In this document: positions 16,544-25,203 of the stretch, piece by piece
Position numbering within the stretch: the first letter of the stretch is position 1
Layout: every line of letters starts with the position of its first letter
IMG/VR virus record: IMGVR_UViG_3300047462_000211
Length of the DNA stretch: 25,465 nucleotides
Direction: 5' to 3' (one strand)
Source of the DNA: a virus
Lineage: Duplodnaviria; Heunggongvirae; Uroviricota; Caudoviricetes
Notes under the pieces: model-generated
Databases searched by the model: none
Seen by the model: the letters and a program-made list of their open reading frames with translations, nothing else
What the model was told of the DNA's origin: nothing
Position numbers and translations under genes: made by a program

Positions 16544-17250
16544 TATTTGACCAAAAGCAAAGCTAAATCCGAATTTGTATTTTGAATTAAAATATTATCT
16601 TCAATTGCATTAATAATCCAATTTTCACCAAGCACTTTATTTAATTTGCTTGAATGTACTGCTTCATTAAATGTAAATTTTACTGCTTTATCAGACAAAT
16701 CGTTTTCATAAAGGATTTCATCAACGTCACCAAAATCACGTAATTCAAATTCTATATTCTCATTCATAATTAATGTTGAATCATTAATTTGTAAATTATT
16801 CAAACAACTTTCTTTGAAAAAATCATAAATTTTTTCTTCTTTCAATCTATTGGCTCTTTCTATCCCTTTAACTAAATCATCTTGTGTATAAGGAACCAAA
16901 CCTTTTGTTTTTCTTATTCTCATTTTCCAATTATCAATATCAACTAATGGCGATACTTCTTTAATCAAACTATCAACCGCTTTTGAAAATTTTGCATCGT
17001 TCATGATTTCAACAAAAACATAATAATACCCATGTTGGTCAGGAGCAGGAGATACATCAGTATCTAATAAATTAACTGGTGATTTTTGAATGAACCTATT
17101 TAAATCTTGAGCAGCATCTTTATCATGAACCAAAAATCCAATAACAATTGCCTTTTCAGATAATCTACTCACATACTCATCAACCGATATTAAAGGCAAT
17201 ACAATGTCTTTTAAATCTTTGGCTCTCATACCTTCATTTAAATTTTTCAT
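16543..17250 (-). CDS. Hypothetical protein (phage-core-like, N-terminus MKNLNEG)
   Basis: Long coupled ORF. The ISVDEY...DLNRFIQKS...DVSPAPD pattern is recalled from jumbo-phage hypotheticals and is unverified. Confidence 0.85.
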   Translation of the reverse strand: MKNLNEGMRAKDLKDIVLPLISVDEYVSRLSEKAIVIGFLVHDKDAAQDLNRFIQKSPVNLLDTDVSPAPDQHGYYYVFVEIMNDAKFSKAVDSLIKEVSPLVDIDNWKMRIRKTKGLVPYTQDDLVKGIERANRLKEEKIYDFFKESCLNNLQINDSTLIMNENIEFELRDFGDVDEILYENDLSDKAVKFTFNEAVHSSKLNKVLGENWIINAIEDNILIQNTNSDLALLLVK

Positions 17251-17744
17251 TGTGGTGGTTGCCCAGAAGTATCTCCATTTTGTTCATCGGACATGTAAGC
17301 ACTTTCATTATCCATTCCCGCATCTTTAGCAGCATCAATATCATCTGTATCAACTTCATCTTCATAGAAATCATCATCAGTGCTTTGAATTTGATTAATT
17401 AAACGTCTTGGTATCGAAATAGTCACCATCCAAATCTGTTCTTCATCAGCTTGTTGTTCTTTACCAGTATAAAGATTTTTCTTTACTTGTTTTTGAATTT
17501 TCTCAAATTTTACTTTCAATCCAAATTTAATCATTCGTAAACAAGCAGATGGGTCTGGCATTTTATCCAAAGTATAACCAATACCAATATCAACCCAATA
17601 TTTTTTAACATTAGGACCAGATATGATTTCTCCAGTAAACCAATTTTTATAAACATAAATGTCTAATGAATCTAAAACATCTTCACATTGAATCAATATG
17701 TCCAATATATGTTTAGAATCTTGAATTTTTTCTAAATCAATCAC
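17247..17744 (-). CDS. Hypothetical protein with an acidic C-terminal tail
   Basis: LDIYVYKNW..GE...GP...YWV...KMPDP pattern; GTG start; late-type ATAAATA at 17763-17769. Confidence 0.85.
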   Translation of the reverse strand: MIDLEKIQDSKHILDILIQCEDVLDSLDIYVYKNWFTGEIISGPNVKKYWVDIGIGYTLDKMPDPSACLRMIKFGLKVKFEKIQKQVKKNLYTGKEQQADEEQIWMVTISIPRRLINQIQSTDDDFYEDEVDTDDIDAAKDAGMDNESAYMSDEQNGDTSGQPPQ

Positions 17745-17762
17745 GTAAATAACCCTTTTACT

Positions 17763-17834
17763 TATTTATCCACGAATTATTTTTGGAATATTTTTTTTAA
17801 CACAACTTTAAAAATATGACAAATTACCTAAATA
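17763..17834. promoter_or_regulatory. Divergent late-type promoter motifs
   Basis: ATAAATA on the minus strand (17763-17769) and CTAAATA on the plus strand (17828-17834). Both leaders carry AAAAGGGTT as SD. Confidence 0.45.
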
Positions 17835-17865
17835 TTTATATGAAAAATAAAAGGGTTTTTAGAAA

Positions 17866-18636
17866 ATGATTTCTAAAATATTTAATAAAACAAAGGCTTT
17901 TTTTAAAGCAACACCAGTAGAAAATAGAACTTTAACTATTGGTCCAAATATTGCAATTGTAAATTGTTGCAAATTAATTTCTGCTGATGAAATTACAAAA
18001 GCTGTAGAAGCAATTCAAATACAAATTGATAGAGATTTAGTTCCTATTTGGAATCTTCCTGCTAATTTATACGTTTATCAACAATCAGATGTTTTGCCAA
18101 AAAACTCTTGGGTGATGTATATTATGGATACATCAGACCAAGCAGGAGCATTAGGATATCATGAATTAACTGAAGAAGGTAATCCAATTGGTTACGTTTT
18201 TGCAGCAGATGATATTAAATATGGATTAAGTTGGACGGTAACTCTTAGCCACGAAATAATTGAAATGCTTGGTGACCCATTTATAAACCAAGTCGTTTTT
18301 GTTCAAAAAACAAATACAACAGGAACACTTTATTCTTGGGAACTTAATGATGCAGTTGAAGATGATTCTCTTGGATATAAAATAAATGATGTTTTAGTAA
18401 GTGATTTTGTAACACCACAATGGTTTCAAGAATTTAAAACACCAAACTCAACACAATTCAGTTTTATGAATAACGTTCATGCTCCATTCGAATTAGCCAA
18501 TGGTGGATATATCGGCGCATTTGAAGTTGGTCCGCCGGATTCACAAGGTTGGACACAAGTAACACCAGCAAGTGGTATCGGAAAAAGATTGGCTATCAAA
18601 GGACCATTTAGCAGAAATGCTCGTAGAATGAAATAA
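17866..18636 (+). CDS. Putative zincin-like / Phi-1(EXORDIUM)-like protein
   Basis: ALGYHE...VTLSHEIIEMLGDP...WELNDAVE...VLVSDFVTPQWF; an HExxE-x-x-DP motif. Confidence 0.5.
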   Translation: MISKIFNKTKAFFKATPVENRTLTIGPNIAIVNCCKLISADEITKAVEAIQIQIDRDLVPIWNLPANLYVYQQSDVLPKNSWVMYIMDTSDQAGALGYHELTEEGNPIGYVFAADDIKYGLSWTVTLSHEIIEMLGDPFINQVVFVQKTNTTGTLYSWELNDAVEDDSLGYKINDVLVSDFVTPQWFQEFKTPNSTQFSFMNNVHAPFELANGGYIGAFEVGPPDSQGWTQVTPASGIGKRLAIKGPFSRNARRMK

Positions 18637-18647
18637 GGAACAAAAAT

Positions 18648-19043
18648 ATGAATCAGGTCCATTCCATTTTGATAAAAAAAATAAAAGATTCAACAACCAA
18701 AAATGGCGGATTGTTGGCTGATAAATTTTCATCAATGAATGATGACCAGATAATGCGTTTAATGTTTTCAAATTATCGAGGAAAAGAAAATTCTCGCGGA
18801 ATGCGTCTTACTATGTTTGGTTTGCAAGTTATGCAGCAATTTTTTAAAGGAACTTCTATCATAGTTCCTAATAAAAAAATGTCTACAGTACATATGCTTT
18901 ACTTGGAAAAATCTGCGAAATTCCCTTATTATTTTTCAAATGAAGAACTAATCGTATTTGATGATATGCTCGGTTTCAAATTAAAATTGGCAGATGGTGA
19001 TATCGACACTTTGATAAAAATAGAAAGAACCGAAGTGCAATAA
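18648..19043 (+). CDS. Hypothetical protein
   Basis: SD aagga; RLTMFG...PYYF...FKLKLADGDI; no firm family. Confidence 0.8.
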   Translation: MNQVHSILIKKIKDSTTKNGGLLADKFSSMNDDQIMRLMFSNYRGKENSRGMRLTMFGLQVMQQFFKGTSIIVPNKKMSTVHMLYLEKSAKFPYYFSNEELIVFDDMLGFKLKLADGDIDTLIKIERTEVQ

Positions 19044-19148
19044 AGTTCATTAAACCTACATTTACTTTTCGCCATGAATTAAATTGACTAACTCACTCCA
19101 AATGATTGATATTCTGAAAACTGAATTCTTTTGGAGATTGAAAAAAAC

Positions 19149-20573
19149 ATGTCAACTAAAGCCCAATCAAAATTAACATCATTTAAAATGTCACCATCAC
19201 AAGTTTCCGCCGCCTTGGATAAAATGGTGCATACAGGACGTTCAATCTTCTTATGGGGTCCACCAGGAGTTTCAAAATCAGCCGTTTCACAACAATTCGC
19301 TACAAAAAATAAAGTAGCATTTATCGATATTCGTCTTTCTCAAATGGACCCAACAGATTTACGCGGTATTCCATATCCAATTAATGAAAATAATGTTTCT
19401 GGTGTTCGTTGGTCCGCACCATTAGCACTCCCAAGAGATTTGGATATCAGCACAGTTTTGGAAACAAAATTTGCAGAAACACAAACAATGAAATTCAGTT
19501 TGGTTAACCCAAAAGGTTCAAATGGAATTCATTATGTTCAAGAACCCATATTTGAAATTAAATCACTAACACCAAATACAACTGCTGAATTAATTGAATC
19601 TGGTCCAGATTATTGTACAGTTGCATTATACGCCACAGATAATGATGGCGTTGTTTCAAAAAATCTTTCCGCTGGCGCTGTTCGTGTAAATGTAACAGGA
19701 AAAGCAAAAGCCGTTGTTGGTCTTGAAGAATTCAATTCAGCACCACCAAGCGTTCAAGCCGCCGCATATCAGTTAATTCTTGATAAACGCCTTGGTGAAT
19801 ATATCGTCCCAGAAGGTTGTTATTTAATGGCAATGGGCAACCGTGACACAGATAGAGGCGTCACATTCAAAATGGGTTCCGCCATCTCAAACCGTTTTGT
19901 TCATATCGAAATGGAACATTCGTTTATTGATTGGCAAAATTGGGCAGTCGCTAATTACGTACATCCTCACGTGGTTGGTTTCCTTTCAGCATTTACTGAA
20001 AAACTTTTCCAATTTGACCCAGCATCCGCTTCAAGAGGGTTTCCAACACCGCGTTCATGGGAATTTGTAAGCGATATTCTGAATTCAAATGAATTCAAAG
20101 GCAAAGATGATTTCGGTATCCTTCAAGGTCTTGTCACTGGTGCAATTGGTGATGCTGTTGGTATGGAATTTATTGCATTCCGTGAAATCGCCGTTGATTT
20201 GCCAGATGCCGATTTGATTCTATCTGGTAAAATCAAGAAATTGGATGTTAAAAATGACCAGAAAACATCTGAAACACAAATTATGTATGCATTAACAACA
20301 ACAATGCTGTATCGTTTGGCAGATAAAGCAAAACTTCTGAAACGCGAAAATCCTGATAAAAATCGTGTTTCTCAAATGGGCGATAAAGGCAAAGAATTCT
20401 TCAATGCTGGTGATAATTTCATTGAATTCATGCTCAATAATTTCAGAGCAGAAATCACGTTGATGGGCGTGCGTTCATCAATTAAAATTCACAAATTGCC
20501 ATTTGAATTGGAAGCCATGAAACACTTCAGAACAGTCGCAGAAAAATATTCCAGCATTGTTCTTGGTGCCTAA
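19149..20573 (+). CDS. MoxR-like AAA+ ATPase with an ~85-aa insertion
   Basis: LWGPPGVSKS, IDIRLSQMDPTDLRG, LEEFNSAPPSVQAAAYQL, MGNR, NRFVH and TPRSWE motifs; SD ggag before ATG 19149. Confidence 0.9.
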   Translation: MSTKAQSKLTSFKMSPSQVSAALDKMVHTGRSIFLWGPPGVSKSAVSQQFATKNKVAFIDIRLSQMDPTDLRGIPYPINENNVSGVRWSAPLALPRDLDISTVLETKFAETQTMKFSLVNPKGSNGIHYVQEPIFEIKSLTPNTTAELIESGPDYCTVALYATDNDGVVSKNLSAGAVRVNVTGKAKAVVGLEEFNSAPPSVQAAAYQLILDKRLGEYIVPEGCYLMAMGNRDTDRGVTFKMGSAISNRFVHIEMEHSFIDWQNWAVANYVHPHVVGFLSAFTEKLFQFDPASASRGFPTPRSWEFVSDILNSNEFKGKDDFGILQGLVTGAIGDAVGMEFIAFREIAVDLPDADLILSGKIKKLDVKNDQKTSETQIMYALTTTMLYRLADKAKLLKRENPDKNRVSQMGDKGKEFFNAGDNFIEFMLNNFRAEITLMGVRSSIKIHKLPFELEAMKHFRTVAEKYSSIVLGA

Positions 20574-20585
20574 TTGAAAAAATGT

Positions 20586-20615
20586 GTTTCTCCCGATACT
20601 TTTGTGTCGGGAGAA
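20586..20615. other. Strong intergenic hairpin between the AAA and VWA genes
   Basis: tttctcccgatac-tttt-gtgtcgggagaaa, with no U-tract on the plus strand. Confidence 0.6.
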
Positions 20616-20670
20616 ATATATTGAAAAACATTAATCGAATTTTGTATTATGATTTTTTGAGGAACTACAA

Positions 20671-21966
20671 ATGAACCAATTGACCGAACAAGAAAAAGTG
20701 CAGAACGCACAACAAAGCCTACAACAAAATCAAAATGCAAATAAAGATAACGACCCAGTTTATATTGAATTGGTCACTTGCAAAGTTAAATTGCTTTTAG
20801 AAAAACCATTTTTCGGTTTGCTGTTGGTTCGTATGGATTTGGTTGAAGCAAATTGGTGCAGAACAGCAGCAACAGATGGGCGTAGATTTTATTATAATCG
20901 CGAATTTATTAAAACATTAAATCGTCCAGAATTGCTTTTTATGATGGGTCACCAAGTATTGCATGCTTGTTTTGACCATTTGGGTAGACGTGGAAAAAGA
21001 GACAAACAACTTTGGGATATGTCAACAGATTTCGTTACCAATGCCACCCTTAAAAAAGAAAATATGGGCGTAATGCCCGCTGGCGGTTTGTTTAATGAAT
21101 CATTCACCCAAGAAATGACCGCTGATGAAGTTTACGATATTCTAAAACAAAATTCCACAGAAATTCAAATGCCATTAGATGACCATTTGGAAATGGATGG
21201 TGATGGTGACGAAGATGGTGATGGTGATGGTGAAGGTAATGGAGACGGTGATGGCAAATCTGTAAAAGTTACCGTTGTTGGTGGAAAAGATGGTCCACCA
21301 AAATTGAGCAAAGAAGAAATTGAAAAAATCAGAGCAGAAATGAAATCTGCTTTGTTGCAAACAGCACAACAATGTGGCGCTGGTAATGTTCCTTTGGGCG
21401 TTCAAAGATTATTAAATGAATTAACCCAACCAAAACTTGATTGGAGAACGTTATTAGATGCTCATATTCGTTCTGCCTTAAAAGATGATTACACTTTCCA
21501 AAGAATTGGCAGAAGAACATGGGGAACTGGCGCAATTCTTCCCGCACAGAATTTCATGGATAGAGTGGAAGTCGTGTGTGCAATCGATGCATCTGGTTCA
21601 ACATCACAAGAAATGGTGACAGACTTTTTGACAGAAGTTGCAGGTATAATGTCGAGTTTTCGGGATTTCAGGGTTACTCTATTCAGCTTTGACACGCAAG
21701 TTTATAATCAAGTTGAAATAACACCAGAAAATGAACACAGCATTTATGAGTATCAATTAAAAGGCGGTGGTGGTACTATGTTTGAAGAAATATTTGAACA
21801 TATGAAACGTGAAAATATTGAACCACATAGGTTGGCTGTTTTTACAGATGGATATCCTAACGCGAGCTGGGGCACCGAAAATTATTGTGACACAATATTT
21901 ATCGTGCATGGAAATAATCATATTGAAGCGCCTTTTGGTATTACGTGCCATTACGAACCAAAATAA
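20671..21966 (+). CDS. DUF2201-type metallopeptidase-like + VWA domain protein
   Basis: TAATDGRRFYYN, GHQVLH (HExxH position), a GD-rich linker, MIDAS AIDASGS, GGGGT and VFTDG. Confidence 0.9.
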   Translation: MNQLTEQEKVQNAQQSLQQNQNANKDNDPVYIELVTCKVKLLLEKPFFGLLLVRMDLVEANWCRTAATDGRRFYYNREFIKTLNRPELLFMMGHQVLHACFDHLGRRGKRDKQLWDMSTDFVTNATLKKENMGVMPAGGLFNESFTQEMTADEVYDILKQNSTEIQMPLDDHLEMDGDGDEDGDGDGEGNGDGDGKSVKVTVVGGKDGPPKLSKEEIEKIRAEMKSALLQTAQQCGAGNVPLGVQRLLNELTQPKLDWRTLLDAHIRSALKDDYTFQRIGRRTWGTGAILPAQNFMDRVEVVCAIDASGSTSQEMVTDFLTEVAGIMSSFRDFRVTLFSFDTQVYNQVEITPENEHSIYEYQLKGGGGTMFEEIFEHMKRENIEPHRLAVFTDGYPNASWGTENYCDTIFIVHGNNHIEAPFGITCHYEPK

Positions 21967-21976
21967 AATAAAATGT

Positions 21977-22008
21977 AAAAACCCAGCAAAAAATGCTGGG
22001 TTTTTTAT
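21977..22008 (+). terminator. Intrinsic terminator (probably bidirectional)
   Basis: aaaacccagca-aaaaa-tgctgggtttttt. Confidence 0.85.
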
Positions 22009-22041
22009 TGCTTAATTAAAAAAAATTGTTAAAATATTTTT

Positions 22042-24093
22042 ATGATAGATATAAATACAATTAAAAAAATAATAAATGATTATCCAAATATCGAAAAAAC
22101 TTTGATGGATGATTTACTAAATATTTTGATTGAAAATCACTTTCTTATTACAAAAAGACATTATACAACACAATCTTATACTAACATTGGAATATTAGTT
22201 AGGGTTTTATATTTTCTGGGTTCAACAAATGAAGAAGTAAGAATTTTTTTTACACCATTTGAAAAAGAAAATATTTACAAAATTATCACAAAAGAAAACG
22301 GTATATGTAAACTTGGAAAAACATTAAATTTCAATAAACGTCTTATGCTATATAGAGGATGTGGAAACGGAACGTCATGTATATGTATGAGAGAAAAACT
22401 TTCATTGATATCATTAAACATGAGTGATGATAAAAAAAATCAAATAAAAGAGAAATCCAAACAGACCAATATGGAAAGATATGGCGTTGAGTATTCATTA
22501 CAATCGTTGGAAATAAGAGAGAAATCAAAACAGACCAACATGGAAAGATATGGCGTTGAAAATCCTGCACAAAATTTACAAATAAGAGAGAAATCAAAAC
22601 AGACTAACATAGAAAGATATGGCGTTGAATATCCAACACAAAATTTAGAAATAATGAAAAAAACAAAAACCACCAATATGGAAAGATATGGTGTTGAATA
22701 TTTGCAACAATCTTCGGAAATAAGAGAGAAATCAAAACAGACTAATATGGAAAAATATGGTGTTGAGTATCCTGCACAAAATTTAGAAATAATGGAAAGA
22801 ACAAAAAGCACTAATATGGAAAGATATGGTGTTGAAAATCCATCATCCAACGATATAATTAAAAAAAAGAGAATAGAAACAAATTTGGAATTATATGGTG
22901 TTGAAAATCAATTTGCTTCTAAAGAAGTTCAAACAAAAACAAAAACAACCAATATGGAAAGATATGGTGTTGAATATCCAACACAAAATTTGGAAATATT
23001 AGAAAAAATAAAAATCAGTTCTAAGAAAACCAATTTAGAAAAATTTGGAACAGAATTTTCATCACAAAGACATTTATCGAAAGAAACAATAGATTTATTA
23101 AACAATTCAGTTTCTTTCATTGAGAGATACAAAAGCAGATACGATTACAAAGAATGTGCTGATGAATTGGGAATCCATCAAGCCACTTTTTTAATATATC
23201 GAAAAAAATATGGATTGGAAATAAAACAAAATAGAAGCAGTTATGAATATGATTTGGAAAATTTTTTATTGGAAAACAATATTGTTTACGAAATCAATAA
23301 TCGAAAACTTATAGCTCCATATGAATTGGATTTTTATTTGTCAGATTATAATCTTGCCATAGAAATAAATGGAGTATATTGGCATTCGGAACAATTAAAG
23401 GGTAAATCTTATCATAAAATGAAATATGATTTGTGTAGTCAAAAAAATATTAAACTATTGACCATAAATGAAGATGAGTGGGTGTATCGAAAAAATTCGA
23501 TAAAAAACAAAATATTGAACTTATGTGGAAAATCAGAAAAAGGTATTGGCGCAAGAAAATTAAAAATTCAATCAATTAATAATAAGTTAGCTATGGAGTT
23601 TTGCGAAAAATACCATATACAGGGGAAAACAAATAATGTGAAACATTCATATGGGGCATTCAATAATGAATCTGGATTTCCAGTATTGGTTGCTGTAATC
23701 TGTGTTGGACTTGTTAGAAATACTAAAATAACTAATTTAAGTAGATTTTGCACTGATGGAAAAATATATGCTGGGGTGTTCTCTCGTTTATTTAAATTTT
23801 ATCTAATAGACCAGAACCCAGAAAAAGTAATTACATTTGCTGATTTAAGATATAGCAATGGAAGTTTATATGAAACTACAGGATTTATCAAAGATAAAAA
23901 AAACAGTCCTGATTATGTATATGTTATAAACGGAAAAACTTATGATAAACAAAATTTTACAAAGATAAAAATAAAGAAAAAATTCCCCGAAATATACTCA
24001 GAAGACAAAACTGAATATCAGATGATGTTAGCAATTGGATATGACAGAATATGGGATTGTGGAAAAATCCGATATTCTTGGAGTCACATCTAA
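22042..24093 (+). CDS. Putative free-standing Hef-like homing endonuclease with 23-aa repeats
   Basis: Nine TNMERYGVE repeats, a PD-(D/E)xK/Vsr-like ELDFYL...LAIEINGVYWH, and a C-terminal HIQG...RFCT...TFADLRYS...IWDCG module. Confidence 0.75.
   Translation: MIDINTIKKIINDYPNIEKTLMDDLLNILIENHFLITKRHYTTQSYTNIGILVRVLYFLGSTNEEVRIFFTPFEKENIYKIITKENGICKLGKTLNFNKRLMLYRGCGNGTSCICMREKLSLISLNMSDDKKNQIKEKSKQTNMERYGVEYSLQSLEIREKSKQTNMERYGVENPAQNLQIREKSKQTNIERYGVEYPTQNLEIMKKTKTTNMERYGVEYLQQSSEIREKSKQTNMEKYGVEYPAQNLEIMERTKSTNMERYGVENPSSNDIIKKKRIETNLELYGVENQFASKEVQTKTKTTNMERYGVEYPTQNLEILEKIKISSKKTNLEKFGTEFSSQRHLSKETIDLLNNSVSFIERYKSRYDYKECADELGIHQATFLIYRKKYGLEIKQNRSSYEYDLENFLLENNIVYEINNRKLIAPYELDFYLSDYNLAIEINGVYWHSEQLKGKSYHKMKYDLCSQKNIKLLTINEDEWVYRKNSIKNKILNLCGKSEKGIGARKLKIQSINNKLAMEFCEKYHIQGKTNNVKHSYGAFNNESGFPVLVAVICVGLVRNTKITNLSRFCTDGKIYAGVFSRLFKFYLIDQNPEKVITFADLRYSNGSLYETTGFIKDKKNSPDYVYVINGKTYDKQNFTKIKIKKKFPEIYSEDKTEYQMMLAIGYDRIWDCGKIRYSWSHI
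22450..23064 (+). repeat. Nine 69-bp (23-aa) coding tandem repeats
   Basis: Recurring accaatatggaaagatatggcgttga; the last copy is degenerate. Confidence 0.95.
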
Positions 24094-24135
24094 TAATAAA
24101 AAGAACTAAATTCCCACATTGGTTTAAAACAAATC

Positions 24136-24164
24136 TTGCAAAATAATTACCACAATGTTAACCT
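24136..24164 (+). promoter_or_regulatory. Sigma70-like promoter
   Basis: TTGCAA-N17-TAACCT with TGn. Confidence 0.45.
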
Positions 24165-24169
24165 AATAT

Positions 24170-24607
24170 ATGGTTTTTGATAAAAAAGAAAATCGTTTTA
24201 TTGTTTGGCAAGGATATGGAAATATGCCTAGGTTAATGGAAGACGAATTAGCCAAACTGTTGGGGTGCAATCATCATTTACTATATAATGATGATAGAAT
24301 GGCTATTTCATATATTCCTCTTTTGAAAATTACATCCAATATGCTTTGGTATGATGGCAAATATAGTGCAGAATTTGGTAAACTTTCTGAACACAATGCG
24401 ATAATATTTGAGCCGTGTATTAAAGGATATACAGATACAGTAGGGCAATTATATGAACTTTTTTTAAACCGTAATGTAAATTGCGTAGTTAAAGTAAATT
24501 ATCGTTTGGATTTTCGTATCAAACAAAGAGATTTATATTTCAAAAACAAAGACCATCTTTTTTATTTCAAATTGTTTTATGAACAAGAGATGTTAAATGG
24601 AAATTGA
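24170..24607 (+). CDS. Hypothetical protein, paralog A
   Basis: ISYIPLLKITSNMLW...YFKNKDHLFYFKL. Confidence 0.8.
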   Translation: MVFDKKENRFIVWQGYGNMPRLMEDELAKLLGCNHHLLYNDDRMAISYIPLLKITSNMLWYDGKYSAEFGKLSEHNAIIFEPCIKGYTDTVGQLYELFLNRNVNCVVKVNYRLDFRIKQRDLYFKNKDHLFYFKLFYEQEMLNGN

Positions 24608-24911
24608 AAATTTAAAAAAAATATCTGAATGTGTTCATTGTTTTGAAGAAACATTTTCTTATATTTCTTATTTGCCTCTTATAAATATTACCAAAAATTT
24701 TTTGTGGTTAGCTGGAAGCAGATTTACATTTTATACTGAAGATGACCATGATAAAATAAAAATAAAATATGCAAAAACAAATTTTGATGAAATATTAAAA
24801 TTTTCCTCAGAAATTAATTGTATTCTTCAAATTATTGATACTGAAAGAAAAAGAAAATTTTATTTCAAAAATGAACATGATTTATTTTATTACAAACTGT
24901 TAGGAGATTGA
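24597..24911 (+). CDS. Hypothetical protein, paralog B
   Basis: ISYLPLINITKNFLW...YFKNEHDLFYYKL. Confidence 0.8.
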   Translation: MEIENLKKISECVHCFEETFSYISYLPLINITKNFLWLAGSRFTFYTEDDHDKIKIKYAKTNFDEILKFSSEINCILQIIDTERKRKFYFKNEHDLFYYKLLGD

Positions 24912-24924
24912 TATGCAAAAATAT

Positions 24925-25203
24925 TTAAGTAAATTTTCTAATATATCCTATCGCTGCTGGACTACCTTTACTTAATTTCATTTTTTCTCCAAGATGAATG
25001 TAAATTTTTAAAGCAGCACCGCAATTACCAATCACATTCAAAATAGAATCACAACTTCTACAAGCTGGTTTTTGATTTTCTTTTATGTTTTTGCCACCAA
25101 ATTGTTTTTCTAAAATACAACGCATACGCAAAGACTTATTGGTTTTACGACTATTGCATTCTTTAATCGGTAAAACATTTATGCCGCAAAATACACAATT
25201 CAT
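24925..25203 (-). CDS. Zinc-finger protein resembling a degenerate HNH domain
   Basis: CVFC...FGG...N...ACRSC spacing as in HNH domains, but without the catalytic His. Confidence 0.5.
   Translation of the reverse strand: MNCVFCGINVLPIKECNSRKTNKSLRMRCILEKQFGGKNIKENQKPACRSCDSILNVIGNCGAALKIYIHLGEKMKLSKGSPAAIGYIRKFT

Noticed and set aside
19440-19697. Intein in the AAA ATPase
   Set aside because: No N-terminal Cys/Ser block and no His-Asn followed by Cys/Ser/Thr at the C-terminal end.
21168-21255. gatggtga(t/c) microsatellite-like tract
   Set aside because: It encodes a low-complexity Gly/Asp linker, which is common in this protein family, and is not a separate DNA element.
22450-23064. CRISPR array or DGR template/variable repeats
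   Set aside because: The units are in-frame coding repeats without unique spacers, there is no adenine-specific variation, and no cas or reverse transcriptase gene is present. The same holds for 25224-25465.
86-23753. Remaining short antisense or nested ORFs in the track (e.g. 86, 255, 2244, 7616, 9111, 9726, 11206, 11567, 13245, 15268, 15942, 17148, 18477, 18541, 19843, 21175-22015, 22343-23753)
   Set aside because: They are nested in well-supported genes and have no SD or motifs.
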